NCBI GenBank assembly: GCA_963808235.1
Contig: CAWEEQ010000004.1
Span: forward strand, 832,001 to 896,000
Source of the DNA: an uncultured delta proteobacterium
GTDB taxonomy: Bacteria > Desulfobacterota > Binatia > Binatales > Binataceae
Direction of reading: 5' to 3'
DNA: 64,000 nucleotides
Both the position numbers and the translations under genes were made by a program. Positions 51,635 through 61,797 of this stretch are shown here, one piece after another; position 1 is the stretch's first letter, and every line of letters starts with the position of its first letter. The notes below the pieces were generated by a model, which was given only the letters and a program-made list of their open reading frames with translations, was not told where the DNA came from and ran no database searches.

Positions 51635-51973
51635 TCAGAATCTCGAAATCAGGAACATGAACACGACCAGCAGAACCGCGGCGGCCATCGCGGCCTGAAC
51701 GAAGATCACCTTCCAGTTGAGCGCCGGCGCCAAGGTCGGATCGCTGGTCTGGTACTTTACGGTGATCGCTGCGCTGGAGCGCTGAGCCGCGGGAGCCATC
51801 TGCTCTATCGGAGGCATACCCGGGTTGCGGATCCAGAGTTGGCGAGGTTGGGGTTTGTAGATACCCTTCCCGGCCTGATTGGTGACTGAGAGCACGTGGA
51901 TGCGCTCTCCGGCTCCGCGCACCCATTCTTCGTATTCATCGGCGCTGACGAATTGTCTGGTGAATATACTCAT
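51635..51973 (-). CDS. Small hypothetical protein with C-terminal TM helix
   Basis: ORF fills the gap; VIFVQAAMAAAVLLVVFMFLI. Confidence 0.6.
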   Translation of the reverse strand: MSIFTRQFVSADEYEEWVRGAGERIHVLSVTNQAGKGIYKPQPRQLWIRNPGMPPIEQMAPAAQRSSAAITVKYQTSDPTLAPALNWKVIFVQAAMAAAVLLVVFMFLISRF

Positions 51974-52120
51974 GTTCACCCAAGCCCCCGAAACGTTTTG
52001 TCGTCCGACTAACCCGACATCCTAAGTGACAGAAATTAATTATTCCCGCCGCGAATGGCAAGTCATTTCTGAGCTTTATGCACATGGTATCAACTGAGGT
52101 CCGCTTCCGGTGAATTGTGG

Positions 52121-53434
52121 CTATTGGTACGGGTAAAAGATGTAGAAAAGTATGGATAGCCCGCACAGGATCCAGAGTCCCGCGTGGACCTCGCGGTGAC
52201 GCCCCGCGGCCAGCTTGAGCATCGGATAAAGGATCAGCCCGGCGGTGATTCCGACCCCGATGTTGTAAGTGAAACTCATCAGAGCGATCACGGTGAAGGC
52301 CGGAATGAGTTCAGTGTAGTCATCGAAGTCTATCTTGATGACCGGCGTTATCATCATTGCGCCCACGATGATCAGCGCCGGCGCGTAAGCTGCGGCCGGT
52401 ATCGCGGCGACCGTCGGCGCGAAAAAAAGCGATACGCCGAACAGCCCCGCGACCACGACGGCGGTGAGTCCGGTGCGCCCGCCAACGTGCACCCCCGATG
52501 CGGATTCGATATACGCGCCGGCAGTGGTGGTGCCCGCGAGTCCGGCGAACATCGTCGCGATCGCATCGGCGAGCATCGGCCGCTCGATCTGCGGCAGGCT
52601 GCCGTTGGCGTCGAGAAATCCCGCGCGCGCCGAAAGTCCGATCAGCGAGCCCATCGTGTCGGTCAGCGCCATCACGAAGATCGACAGCAGCACGCCGAAA
52701 AAGCCGACACTCAACGCTCCATGCAAGTCCAGCTTGAGCATGATGGGCGCGGGATTCGGCGGGATGCTGACCCATGCCGCCGGCGGTTTGGCGACGCCGG
52801 TTGCGAATGCGATCGCCGCCGAGATCAGGATGCCTATAAGAATCGCGCCCGGCACGCGGCGCAACATCAAGACAGCGATCAGCACGAAACTCAGCGCCGC
52901 GATTTCGGCCGACGGCGTGGCGAGATTGCCCAGCCGCACCGGCGCGCCCGGCACGCCCACGGTGACGATTCCGGATTCGTTCAGTCCGATGAAGGCGAGG
53001 AAGAGACCGATACCAACGCCGAAGCTGTAGCTGAGTCCCGGCGGCAATGCGTCTACCATCCATTGCCGGATCCGCGCCACCGTCAGCAGCGTGAACATCA
53101 CGCCAGCCAGGAAGACCGCCGCCATCGCGGTCTCCCACTTGTATCCCAGGACCTTCACAACGGTGTATGCGACGAATGCGTTCTCGCCCATGTACGGCGC
53201 GATCGCGAACGGGCGATTCGCGTAGAGACCCATGATCAACGTGCCGAGCATCGCGGTCATCACCGTCGCGACCATCGAAGGGCCTTCGGGGATGCCGGCG
53301 GTTTTCAGGATAGCCGGGTTGATCGCGATGATGTACGACATGGTGACGAAGGTCGTCACGCCCGCAAGCACCTCACGCCTGACCGTGGTCTCCGCCTGTT
53401 CGAGTCCGAAGAAAGTTGCTATTCGCCGGTTCAA
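52121..53434 (-). CDS. NCS2/AzgA-family purine permease
   Basis: E.LAG.TTF.TM.YI...NP, APYMG.NAF, GIGLF.AFIG, YIES.SG...GGRTGL. Confidence 0.93.
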   Translation of the reverse strand: MNRRIATFFGLEQAETTVRREVLAGVTTFVTMSYIIAINPAILKTAGIPEGPSMVATVMTAMLGTLIMGLYANRPFAIAPYMGENAFVAYTVVKVLGYKWETAMAAVFLAGVMFTLLTVARIRQWMVDALPPGLSYSFGVGIGLFLAFIGLNESGIVTVGVPGAPVRLGNLATPSAEIAALSFVLIAVLMLRRVPGAILIGILISAAIAFATGVAKPPAAWVSIPPNPAPIMLKLDLHGALSVGFFGVLLSIFVMALTDTMGSLIGLSARAGFLDANGSLPQIERPMLADAIATMFAGLAGTTTAGAYIESASGVHVGGRTGLTAVVVAGLFGVSLFFAPTVAAIPAAAYAPALIIVGAMMITPVIKIDFDDYTELIPAFTVIALMSFTYNIGVGITAGLILYPMLKLAAGRHREVHAGLWILCGLSILFYIFYPYQ

Positions 53435-53577
53435 TTTCCTCGATTACCCTGTCGCCGTTTGGTTCCGCCAACGGAATGCGTGCAGATGAGGTTTGGTATA
53501 TAAACGAAATAATCGCGAGCGTTAACTACGTGCGCATCAACATCCAACCGAGATTTCTCGCCGCGGGCAGAGAGTAA

Positions 53578-54387
53578 ATGAACGAAGACAAAAATGCGAA
53601 AGCTGCCGACCTGAAGCCGGCGTCTAAAGCGCCACCGGTAGAGCCCGCGGCAGCAAAGTCCACGGCGGCGAAGTCGACGGTCACGCTCGCTATCGACATA
53701 GGTGGAACCGGAATCAAGGCGGCGGCGCTCGACGAAAAAGGCAAGATGGTGTCCGAGCGGCAGAAGATCAAGACGCCGCGCAACGCGACGCCGAAGAAAG
53801 TCGTCGCGATAATCGGCAAACTCGCGAAGATGGTCGGCGTGGGCGATCGGGCGTCGGCGGGATTCCCGGGAGTCGTCAAGAAGGGCCTGGTTTACACGGC
53901 GCCGAACCTCGGCAAGGGATGGAACAACTATCCGCTCGAGGCCGCACTGAGAAAGAAGCTTCGGATGCCGGTGCGGATCGCGAACGACGCCGACGTGCAA
54001 GGTCTCGGATGCGTTTCCGGCCACGGCGACGAATTAGTCATCACGCTCGGCACCGGGTTTGGATCGGTGCTGTTTGTCGATGGCCATCGAATCCACCTGG
54101 AACTCGGGCATCATCCTTTTCACAACGGCAAGACCTATGAGGACGAACTCGGGATCAAGGCGCTCGAAAAAAAGGGCAAGCGGAAGTGGAACAAGCTTCT
54201 ACGCGAAGCGATTGACGAGCTCAAGAGAACGTTCAACTACGACCGGCTCTACATCGGGGGCGGTAATGCGGCTGATATCGACTTCAAGCTGCCAGCCGAG
54301 GTCAAAGTAGTGAGCAATACGGAAGGCCTGCTCGGCGGTATCAAGCTGTGGCAAGATCAGACGCACGACCAGACTCGAAAATTGTGA
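53578..54387 (+). CDS. ppgK: ROK family polyphosphate glucokinase
   Basis: IDIGGTGIKA, GFPGVV, NDADVQG, TLGTGFGS, LELGH, IGGGN. Confidence 0.85.
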   Translation: MNEDKNAKAADLKPASKAPPVEPAAAKSTAAKSTVTLAIDIGGTGIKAAALDEKGKMVSERQKIKTPRNATPKKVVAIIGKLAKMVGVGDRASAGFPGVVKKGLVYTAPNLGKGWNNYPLEAALRKKLRMPVRIANDADVQGLGCVSGHGDELVITLGTGFGSVLFVDGHRIHLELGHHPFHNGKTYEDELGIKALEKKGKRKWNKLLREAIDELKRTFNYDRLYIGGGNAADIDFKLPAEVKVVSNTEGLLGGIKLWQDQTHDQTRKL

Positions 54388-54396
54388 AGTGAGCAG

Positions 54397-54483
54397 GGAG
54401 GGGTGGCCGAGTGGTTGAAGGCACCGGTCTTGAAAACCGGCAGGGATGAAAGTCCCTCGTGGGTTCGAATCCCACCCCCTCCG
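54397..54483 (+). tRNA. tRNA-Ser (anticodon TGA)
   Basis: GGAGGGG/CCCCTCC acceptor stem, CCGGT-CTTGAAA-ACCGG anticodon arm, long variable arm, GTGGG-TTCGAAT-CCCAC T arm; CCA not encoded. Confidence 0.96.
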
Positions 54484-54515
54484 TTCCTACGTTAAACTGG
54501 ATGCATGACAGCACC

Positions 54516-54539
54516 AGCCCCACCAAATCGGGGGCTTTT
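54516..54539 (+). terminator. Possible intrinsic terminator after tRNA-Ser
   Basis: AGCCCC-N9-GGGGCT followed by TTT. Confidence 0.5.
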
Positions 54540-54588
54540 ATGACTGGACTGGAAGGATGGTTCAACCTGAACCGCAGAGACGGTCGCT

Positions 54589-55203
54589 TTACTTGTCGGA
54601 ACTTCGGGACGGCTGTCCGGTCCAGACCACGTGTCCCGTAGTCGCGATGTCGATGTCGACTTGCTTCGCCGCAGTTAAAAATAGGACGCTCGGGTCTTTG
54701 AGACCCCAAGCGACATATGGGACTGAAAAGTGTGCTGTGGCAGTCAGGTTGTCTCCGACGAGCTGACCTTGTGCCGTGAGAGCGACATCATGTCTCCCCC
54801 CGTGGAGCGTCAGCACCCCTTGCATCGTCGCTAGAAACTGACCTCCCCTCCTCAGTTCTAGCGTAAAGTGCTGAGGGTCGAAAGTTATCTCTGGATACCG
54901 TTGAGCCTCGAGAACACTCTCTCGCATCTCGTTGTCACGCGCGCCGATGCCCGTGTCGCCGCTCTTGGCGTCGACGACGATGGAACCGCCGGCTTTTCCA
55001 GTAGCGGGGTCCGCGATGATGGTTCCTCGTTCAAGTTTGAAAGTTCCATGTGTCGTATGGAGCGAACCTGGCAAGCGGAACTCGACGAGCGTTTTCGATG
55101 GATCAAGTTCCAAAGCTCCTGATCGTAAATCCAGCGCCGCCCCGTTTTGTGCGCAGGCGGCCAGGGCGCTTACGAACGCCACGACGCGAATACTAAATGA
55201 CAT
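54589..55203 (-). CDS. YceI-family lipid/polyisoprenoid-binding protein
   Basis: LDP.KT.VEF...H.THGTF, DTG..ARD..MR..VLE...YP.ITF, G.LTLHG. Confidence 0.88.
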   Translation of the reverse strand: MSFSIRVVAFVSALAACAQNGAALDLRSGALELDPSKTLVEFRLPGSLHTTHGTFKLERGTIIADPATGKAGGSIVVDAKSGDTGIGARDNEMRESVLEAQRYPEITFDPQHFTLELRRGGQFLATMQGVLTLHGGRHDVALTAQGQLVGDNLTATAHFSVPYVAWGLKDPSVLFLTAAKQVDIDIATTGHVVWTGQPSRSSDK

Positions 55204-55272
55204 TTGTTACACGGCGCGCCGAGCGTTCATGATTGACCCTGGAGATTCGTTTCCATCGTCGCTGCAGACCTC

Positions 55273-55722
55273 TCAATGCGCAGCCATCGCGGCCTGCGAG
55301 GCCCATTTTAAGAGCGCCTGCTTTTGAACGTCGGCGAGGCGCGCGGAATGATCGAGCGCCGTGTAGTCTCCCGGCGGCATCGAACCAGCGTTGACGGACT
55401 GTTCGATACTCTTCAGCGCGTCTGTTCTTTTCTGCGCATCGTAAGTCTGCCAGTCGGAGAAATTCAGCACCTCGCGCGCGGAGTTGGCAGCGAGATAAGT
55501 CGGCGAAACAGCCGCGTACCAGGGTGCGCTTCCGCCGGTCGAATGGCACTGGTAACACGATTCCTCGAGGATCGCGTTCACTTGCGGGTCGGTGCTAACC
55601 GCGTTTGTAGAACTCGAAGCTGTCGTGGCGGGTGTGGCCGTCTGCTGCGAGCTTGAACAGCCAACGATCAAGACACCCAGACCTGGAAGCAATGCTATTA
55701 GAAGGGCAAACTTGAACATCAT
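55273..55722 (-). CDS. Haem-binding-domain (cytochrome c) lipoprotein
   Basis: LIVGC lipobox; IL..SCYQCHS, PWY, LNFS.W, MPP..Y...H. Confidence 0.85.
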   Translation of the reverse strand: MMFKFALLIALLPGLGVLIVGCSSSQQTATPATTASSSTNAVSTDPQVNAILEESCYQCHSTGGSAPWYAAVSPTYLAANSAREVLNFSDWQTYDAQKRTDALKSIEQSVNAGSMPPGDYTALDHSARLADVQKQALLKWASQAAMAAH

Positions 55723-55730
55723 CGTACCTT

Positions 55731-56897
55731 CTAGTCGTTGAGTCTCACGAAACGGATAAGTCCTGCGCCGAGAAAGATCACCCCAAGACCGATTGTTGCC
55801 GCGAACGGCCGCAACGTCGCGGACGGCGACTGGTTGCGAATCATCAAATCATTGAACGCCTGCATGGTCCACGTCGTGGGCATCCATCGGGCGAGCTCGC
55901 GCATCCATCCCGGTTCAAAATCCAGCGGCCACCAGCACCCGCCGATTGCCGCCATCGCCATGCTGATGGTCACGCCCAATGACATCACCGAGTCGTGCGC
56001 CGTCGCGATCGACGCGACCACCAGTGCTAGCGCTGCAGCCGCGAAAGAGATCCCGACCGCCGGTATCATCAAGGCGAGAGGATTATGGCCTAGCGTGATT
56101 CCGAACAGCGCCCATCCGACCGCAAACAGCAATACCATTTGCACGACCCCGACGATGATCCGCGCGAATAATTTGCCGAGCAGCAGACCTGTGAGCGGCG
56201 CACCACTGACCTGGAGGCGCTTCAAGGTCCCCCAATCGCGCTCATCGAACAGCGTCAGCGCGATTCCCAGCATCATGCCAATCAGGAGAAACGTGACGCC
56301 GAATCCGGGTACGTACTGATCGAAGGCGTTCGGCGTCACCGCTTCGCCCTCGATCGCAGGTTTCTCGACAAATCCGAGGTCACCCGGGAGCGTGAGCGAC
56401 TGCGACTCGCCGAAGGACTCGATTTGCGATTGGGCCGCCGTTGTCGCTTGTTCGGTGACTCTTCGGCACAATTCGTCAATACGAATTTCGAGAGCGTTGA
56501 CCTCGACTCGCCTGACCGGGTCGACGAATAGTACCAGCCGAGGCTGGCCGCCCGCGGCGACCGCCGCACTGGTTCCCGCCGGAATTAACATCGCTATAGG
56601 AGTCCGATCGCGTCGGCTTACAACGCGTCGCGCTTCATCGGGGTTGTCGAGCATTTCCACAGTGAGATTTCGTTCGTGCCGCAGCGCTTGAATTATGGAG
56701 TCGGACACTTGTCCGTGATCGAGGTTGACCAGGGGTAGCCGAAAAGAATTCGCCGAGCCACCGTACAGACTGCCGAGCGAGTATCCCGCGACGGTGATAA
56801 TTACGACCGGCGCGAACAACAGCATGAACAGCACGATCGGATCCTTGACCAGGAGCCGGGCCTCGTTTTGAGTGGTTAGCCAGATTGCTCGAAGCAT
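55731..56897 (-). CDS. ABC-2 type exporter permease
   Basis: One N-terminal TM, extracytoplasmic domain, ER..GTL.RL, GG.WWP. Confidence 0.9.
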   Translation of the reverse strand: MLRAIWLTTQNEARLLVKDPIVLFMLLFAPVVIITVAGYSLGSLYGGSANSFRLPLVNLDHGQVSDSIIQALRHERNLTVEMLDNPDEARRVVSRRDRTPIAMLIPAGTSAAVAAGGQPRLVLFVDPVRRVEVNALEIRIDELCRRVTEQATTAAQSQIESFGESQSLTLPGDLGFVEKPAIEGEAVTPNAFDQYVPGFGVTFLLIGMMLGIALTLFDERDWGTLKRLQVSGAPLTGLLLGKLFARIIVGVVQMVLLFAVGWALFGITLGHNPLALMIPAVGISFAAAALALVVASIATAHDSVMSLGVTISMAMAAIGGCWWPLDFEPGWMRELARWMPTTWTMQAFNDLMIRNQSPSATLRPFAATIGLGVIFLGAGLIRFVRLND

Positions 56898-56907
56898 AGC
56901 GATACGC

Positions 56908-57864
56908 TCAGAGGACCTGGTCGCGCAGCGTGTGGCCAGTCAGCGCGATGAATGCGTCCGACAGATTCGGGCTGTGCAGGTTGAAATCGACGACATTCAC
57001 ATCCAGGGTCCGAAGCCCGTGGAGCAGCTCGGCGAGTTGCGCGAAACTGTTCATCTCCAGGACTGCTTTGCCCTCGCCCAGGGTGGTTCCTATTTCACGT
57101 ACCCCTGCGAGGCTGGCGAAGCGCCCATCCGGCAACTGCCCGCGATAGGTCAGCTCGATGCGAGGACGGCTGCCTCCGAGCGAAATCACTTTTTCGAGGT
57201 CGCCTTCGGCGATCAGTCTGCCGCGATCGATCAGCAGTACGCGATCGCATATGCGTTCCGCCTCTTCCATGTAATGGGTGCTGTAAATTACTGCCGCGCC
57301 CGCATCCGCGTAGCGCCGAATCCGCGTCAGCAATCGTTCTCGCGATTGAAGATCGACGCCGACCGTGGGTTCGTCCAACAGCAGCACCGGTGGGCGATGA
57401 ACAATTCCACAGGCAAGGTTGAGCAGCCGCTTCATCCCGCCGGAGTAGGTATGCATAGGATCGTGAGCGCGGTAGCCGAGACCCACCTCGTCGAGCGTGC
57501 TCATGCAATGCTCCATAGCGTCGTCGCGCGAGAGCCCTTGCATGCGGGCGAAGTGCCATACGTTTTGCGCCGCGCTGAGCGTCGGATACAGCGCGAGCGA
57601 TTGCGGCACCAGCCCAAGCATGCGTCGGAGTCCGCGCGGGTCGCTGTTTGGCGCCTTACCATCGATGAGAATACGACCGCGATCGGGTCGAAGCAGAGTC
57701 GCGAGGATCGAGAGCGTCGTGGTCTTGCCCGCACCGTTGGGACCGAGCAAGGCGGCAATTTCACCTGGCTTTACTGCGAGGCTTACATTGTCAAGCGCAA
57801 GCCGCGCGCCGTAACTTTTCGAAATCTCGATCGCCTCGAGAAGTGGTGCCTTTGCCGGACTCAT
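56908..57864 (-). CDS. ABC-2 type exporter ATP-binding protein
   Basis: GPNGAGKTT, YSGGMKR.LN, LDEPTVGVD, STHYMEEAE. Confidence 0.95.
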   Translation of the reverse strand: MSPAKAPLLEAIEISKSYGARLALDNVSLAVKPGEIAALLGPNGAGKTTTLSILATLLRPDRGRILIDGKAPNSDPRGLRRMLGLVPQSLALYPTLSAAQNVWHFARMQGLSRDDAMEHCMSTLDEVGLGYRAHDPMHTYSGGMKRLLNLACGIVHRPPVLLLDEPTVGVDLQSRERLLTRIRRYADAGAAVIYSTHYMEEAERICDRVLLIDRGRLIAEGDLEKVISLGGSRPRIELTYRGQLPDGRFASLAGVREIGTTLGEGKAVLEMNSFAQLAELLHGLRTLDVNVVDFNLHSPNLSDAFIALTGHTLRDQVL

Positions 57865-57909
57865 TGAAACGAGTTTTGACTACGAGAGTCGTTTTGGCGT
57901 CACTCGATT

Positions 57910-59040
57910 TCAGTTGGCGAACGCCTGTGGAGCAACCGCGGCGGGCTGGGCGACACGCGTGAGCCTGGCCGTTACGCGCATCGCGCCGGGCCAGACGCTG
58001 AGGCAGAACGGCAGCACTGCGCGCGCGAGTGCGTTGTTCAAGCCGTGGTCGGCGAGCTCGGCAAAACGCATCTGGAGCCGCATTGCGGAGCGCAGTTTTG
58101 GCTGAAAGACCTGCGCCGGCTCCGCTGCAAGATACGCAGCGGCGGCACGGCGGGCAGTATGTAGCGCGATGGATATGCCGTCACCGGTGAACGAGGGGAT
58201 GACGGTTGCCTGATCGCCAATGCAGTAGAGCCCATCCTCCGTTGTGCGACGGATGTAACCGTAAGGGATATGGGTGACGACGATCGGTCTGTCGAGCAGC
58301 GGCTCCGCACCGTCAAGCCGCATTGCGAGGTGGGGACAATCGTGCTGCATCTTCGCAAGGAGGCCCTCCCAGCGAAGACCCGCACGTGCAAAATACCACC
58401 GTTTCACCACCAAGCAGAAATTCGCAATGCGGTCTTCCACCGGTTGGATACCACCGTAGCCTCCGGAATAGAGCATCAACTCGGAGGCGTCCCCCAGCTC
58501 AGCGGTCTGGGCGGCAGACAACCGATAATACATCTTAAAGGCGACCCATTGGTGAGGGTCCTTCGGGCGACTGTGGCCGCGTAGATCGTGCTTGCCCGTG
58601 GCGAGAAAGGCGGTTGGAGCTTCGTATGTAGTGCCGTCGTCGAGCGTAGCCTGCCAGAGGCTGGCGGTCGCGCGGCTGAGCGACTGCACACTCCGACCGC
58701 GCTCGACGCGGACTCCGGCGGTGACAGCCTCGGCAATGAGCGCTGTATCGAGCGCCTTGCGCGTGAGCGAGGCTGCGCGAAAAGGCAGCGGAGCCTCCGC
58801 GGCGCGTCTGGCTGCGGCAAGGCGAACGTAATCGATGGGCACCGCGCCAAGAGAGGCCACGTCGATGCCAAGAGCATGCAGGTCTTCTAGCGCCTCACCG
58901 CTTAGGAATTCTCCGCAGACTTTATGGCGCGGCGTGGGCTCGCGTTCGATCAACGTGACGCTTCGTCCCTTTCGGGCGAGCGCGATGGCAGCGGCACAGC
59001 CTGCCACTCCACCACCGAGGACGAGAACTTCATCTTGCAA
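57910..59040 (-). CDS. FAD-dependent oxidoreductase (geranylgeranyl-reductase/monooxygenase-like)
   Basis: GGGVAG, HKVCGEFLS, ATGKHD, GGYGG, IGD...IPSFTGDG.S.A. Confidence 0.9.
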   Translation of the reverse strand: MQDEVLVLGGGVAGCAAAIALARKGRSVTLIEREPTPRHKVCGEFLSGEALEDLHALGIDVASLGAVPIDYVRLAAARRAAEAPLPFRAASLTRKALDTALIAEAVTAGVRVERGRSVQSLSRATASLWQATLDDGTTYEAPTAFLATGKHDLRGHSRPKDPHQWVAFKMYYRLSAAQTAELGDASELMLYSGGYGGIQPVEDRIANFCLVVKRWYFARAGLRWEGLLAKMQHDCPHLAMRLDGAEPLLDRPIVVTHIPYGYIRRTTEDGLYCIGDQATVIPSFTGDGISIALHTARRAAAAYLAAEPAQVFQPKLRSAMRLQMRFAELADHGLNNALARAVLPFCLSVWPGAMRVTARLTRVAQPAAVAPQAFAN

Positions 59041-59095
59041 GGCATTGCTCCTGATTCACGGATGTTCCATCAATGTGTAGCTGGATTCCATATTT

Positions 59096-59833
59096 CTATC
59101 CGTGGTGGTGAAGATCGTTGGACAGCTGGGTGGTCACGGGCCTGTAGTCAGCTCGGATCTGAAGGGAGCCAGCTTCGGGAGATGGACAATGCGCTGCCAT
59201 ACTGCGGCGCGTGGTGAGTTCGTTCCAGTTGAGCCCGAGGTCGACCAGAACGATGGAGGCCAGGGTGAAGGCGATGACGCCAACCGCCGACAGTACGTCG
59301 CCAAGATGGCTCCAGTAGGCGGGCACAAGGTTGAGTACACGGGTGGAGACAAAGGTAAACGTGACCGCATAGGAGCGGGCCATCCACTGGCGGTGCACGG
59401 CGATCTGTCTGTTACGCGCGGCGATCACGGCAGCGGAAGTGCAGACGATCCATGCAGCTCCTTGCATGGCGGTCCCGGGCAGCCCGGGACGTCCGGTGGC
59501 AAGGGCTATCCCGGTAAAGGCGCCGAAGATTACGCAGATGAAGTACATGCGGCCTACGACGCGATGGAACTTCAGGTGACGCTGCCGAAAGCGCGACGAG
59601 AACTGCAGAGGGCCGGCCAGCAGAGCGAAGGTTCCGCACAGCGTGTGCGGGATGAGGAGCCCGCGGTCGGCTATGACCTGCAGGCGGTAGGCATGGTACA
59701 TGGGGTAATCGATGAAGAGAAGGACCTCTGACGTGATGAAGACAAAGAGCGTCGTGACACCAAGAGAGATCCAGAGAACGGCTTTGAATCTGGAACCGCT
59801 GGCACTGGCTGTAGGCAGGGTGAAAGATGCCAT
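59096..59833 (-). CDS. DUF2306-type membrane protein
   Basis: H...G..AL..GPLQF, HR..GR.Y, HRQWM.RSY. Confidence 0.85.
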   Translation of the reverse strand: MASFTLPTASASGSRFKAVLWISLGVTTLFVFITSEVLLFIDYPMYHAYRLQVIADRGLLIPHTLCGTFALLAGPLQFSSRFRQRHLKFHRVVGRMYFICVIFGAFTGIALATGRPGLPGTAMQGAAWIVCTSAAVIAARNRQIAVHRQWMARSYAVTFTFVSTRVLNLVPAYWSHLGDVLSAVGVIAFTLASIVLVDLGLNWNELTTRRSMAAHCPSPEAGSLQIRADYRPVTTQLSNDLHHHG

Positions 59834-59931
59834 TATTCGCCTCTCAGATGGTTAGACGTCCGCCACGAGGGCGGCCTGGGCGATATGCTTCACATCGCTT
59901 AGTCTAACGAGACGCTTCAGAATCACCGACC

Positions 59932-60783
59932 TCACTTCCACCGCCCCACGCACAACCGTCCCGGCCGCCAACGTTCTACCGACGCCACCTCCCGCGGAAC
60001 ATCAGCCGCAGCCAACAGGCGTACCCAATCCTCCTTCCGGAAGGCTCGCCGGAACGACACCGGCCCATCATGCCTCACAATCGGGTGCCAAGGCACCAAC
60101 CCAAACATCCGACGACTCCACTGCGCCCGTTCCAAATCGTTGATAAACCAACCCAGCCGCACGGTCGCTTCCATCCGCCGCAGCAGCGCGACGATCTCTT
60201 CGTCCTCTAGATGATGTGCCAGCAGCGAACTAATGACGATATCCATCGGCTTCTCCGGTCGATACACCCTGGCATCGCCGGTCACCCAAGTAATTCCGAG
60301 CTCCTTCGGCGTGGACTCCGCTGCCGCGCGCGCCGCATAAGGATTCAAGTCGATTCCCGTTAACTGCACCGCGATGCCCCGTCGCCGTGCCCAGCCTGCA
60401 ATCTGCCGCAGTAGATCTCCACCGCCACTGCCCAGGTCGACGATGTGCATCGGCTCACGCAAGCCGCGCGGTAGCCGCTCCAGCCACGTCAGCGTCGGCC
60501 GATAGCCGAGCAGCCAGCGATTCACTTTTTCCAGACTGCGCAGGCAGTCACGGAAATCCTCATAACTACAGTCACCATCCATAAGCTCCGGGAGCTCACG
60601 CGGAGAAACCCGCCGAGTGAGGTCACCCGATTCATGCCCTGGAGGGCTAACCGTGTCGTTCGATTTCCATCTAGTTCTGGGAACGATTCTCCCTGGTGCC
60701 CGAGCGACTATTTCGTTGGACACGCACCCCGATAGAGGTTGGCTTTCCAAAGATTGATCGAACCGCGATTCCGGGCGACTCAT
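59932..60783 (-). CDS. SAM-dependent methyltransferase
   Basis: ELMD, L.KVN.WL.GY, DLGSGGGD, GIDLNP, HHL.D, INDL.R, RHDG.VS..R.F; ATG overlaps the upstream stop (ATGA). Confidence 0.88.
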   Translation of the reverse strand: MSRPESRFDQSLESQPLSGCVSNEIVARAPGRIVPRTRWKSNDTVSPPGHESGDLTRRVSPRELPELMDGDCSYEDFRDCLRSLEKVNRWLLGYRPTLTWLERLPRGLREPMHIVDLGSGGGDLLRQIAGWARRRGIAVQLTGIDLNPYAARAAAESTPKELGITWVTGDARVYRPEKPMDIVISSLLAHHLEDEEIVALLRRMEATVRLGWFINDLERAQWSRRMFGLVPWHPIVRHDGPVSFRRAFRKEDWVRLLAAADVPREVASVERWRPGRLCVGRWK

Positions 60784-61601
60784 ACGCTAATTTCAGCGCG
60801 CTCGTTCGACTCGGTCCCAAGAGCGTGTTTTTTCATTGCGCTCTTCATCTCTTCACGGCTGATTTCCAGCGTGGTCAACAGGGGCCAGACCACCCGTGCG
60901 AGAAATGCCCGAGGGCTTATTCCCGCCCCCGAACTCGCAAGCCTATTCCGATAATTCGGGATCAGACCTTCGCCGGGCATCTTGAAATTTGAAAGGACGT
61001 GGGCCAGATCCGCCAAAGTTTCCTCGCGATTGTGGTCCAGCTCCAATTGGAGCATGTCTCGATAGAAGCCGGCGTGCGCTGCCTCATCGCGGCCGACGTA
61101 GAGGAAGATCGCCTCCAGTACCTCATCGCCTGCAATACGAGCCTTGTTTCTCTGCAAGTTGTAAGCGGTAAAGGTAGCGCCCTCCTGGAGCGCGCCGTAG
61201 CAGGCCATTTGGCGAACGGTCGGAAAGGGCAGTTCCCACTGCTGTGAAAACGTTTCGTCCTCCAAAGCCTCGAACTGCGCTGGCGAACGAAGACCGGAGC
61301 GGGTCAGATATTCGCGAAAGACTAGACCATGCCGGGATTCTTCAAAGGCCCAACATGTCTGGAACCACGCGGTCCCGAACATCGCGCGCGACAAATCGAG
61401 TCCTCTGGAACTATAGTCCGGCACATAGAGTTCTTCAGTGCAAAAGATCTCCACGCACTCCCCGACCTGAGCAGTGGCTTTGCTGGTATCGAGCTTGTCC
61501 CACGGCACGTCATTGAAGACGCTCCACCGCCGTTTGTTCTCGGCAGTTTCGAGGAAATCGAGATAGACTCGATAAACGCGCTCGCGCATCGTCGAGGGCA
61601 T
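60780..61601 (-). CDS. Acyl-ACP desaturase-like ferritin-fold diiron enzyme
   Basis: W....DVPW, E.YVPDY, W.FEE.RH...REYL, LQE.AT, DEAAH..FY, F.MPG; ATG 61601. Confidence 0.85.
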   Translation of the reverse strand: MPSTMRERVYRVYLDFLETAENKRRWSVFNDVPWDKLDTSKATAQVGECVEIFCTEELYVPDYSSRGLDLSRAMFGTAWFQTCWAFEESRHGLVFREYLTRSGLRSPAQFEALEDETFSQQWELPFPTVRQMACYGALQEGATFTAYNLQRNKARIAGDEVLEAIFLYVGRDEAAHAGFYRDMLQLELDHNREETLADLAHVLSNFKMPGEGLIPNYRNRLASSGAGISPRAFLARVVWPLLTTLEISREEMKSAMKKHALGTESNERAEISV

Positions 61602-61710
61602 GGTCGCGCTCGTCTTTCGCTCGAGCCTGGTCGGTAACACTAAATTGCTCGTATCGTGGAGTCCGTGTTTTTGGTTTGAAGCAATAAAACGGTGACAGGT
61701 GCGCATTCTT

Positions 61711-61726
61711 AGCAAATGGCCTGCCA
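61711..61726 (-). promoter_or_regulatory. Sigma-54 (-24/-12) promoter for the desaturase operon
   Basis: Minus strand reads TGGCAGG-CCAT-TTGCT, matching TGGCACG-N4-TTGC(A/T) with exact spacing. Confidence 0.8.
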
Positions 61727-61797
61727 TTGCTTTAGGCTAGTCTCGGTGGGCAATCGCGTGGCTTCTCGTCTCCGTACCTCGACAACGATTGCCGTCA

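Noticed and set aside
61602-61727. N-terminal extension of the desaturase ORF to 61727
   Set aside because: It overlaps the sigma-54 promoter, so it is leader sequence; ATG 61601 preferred
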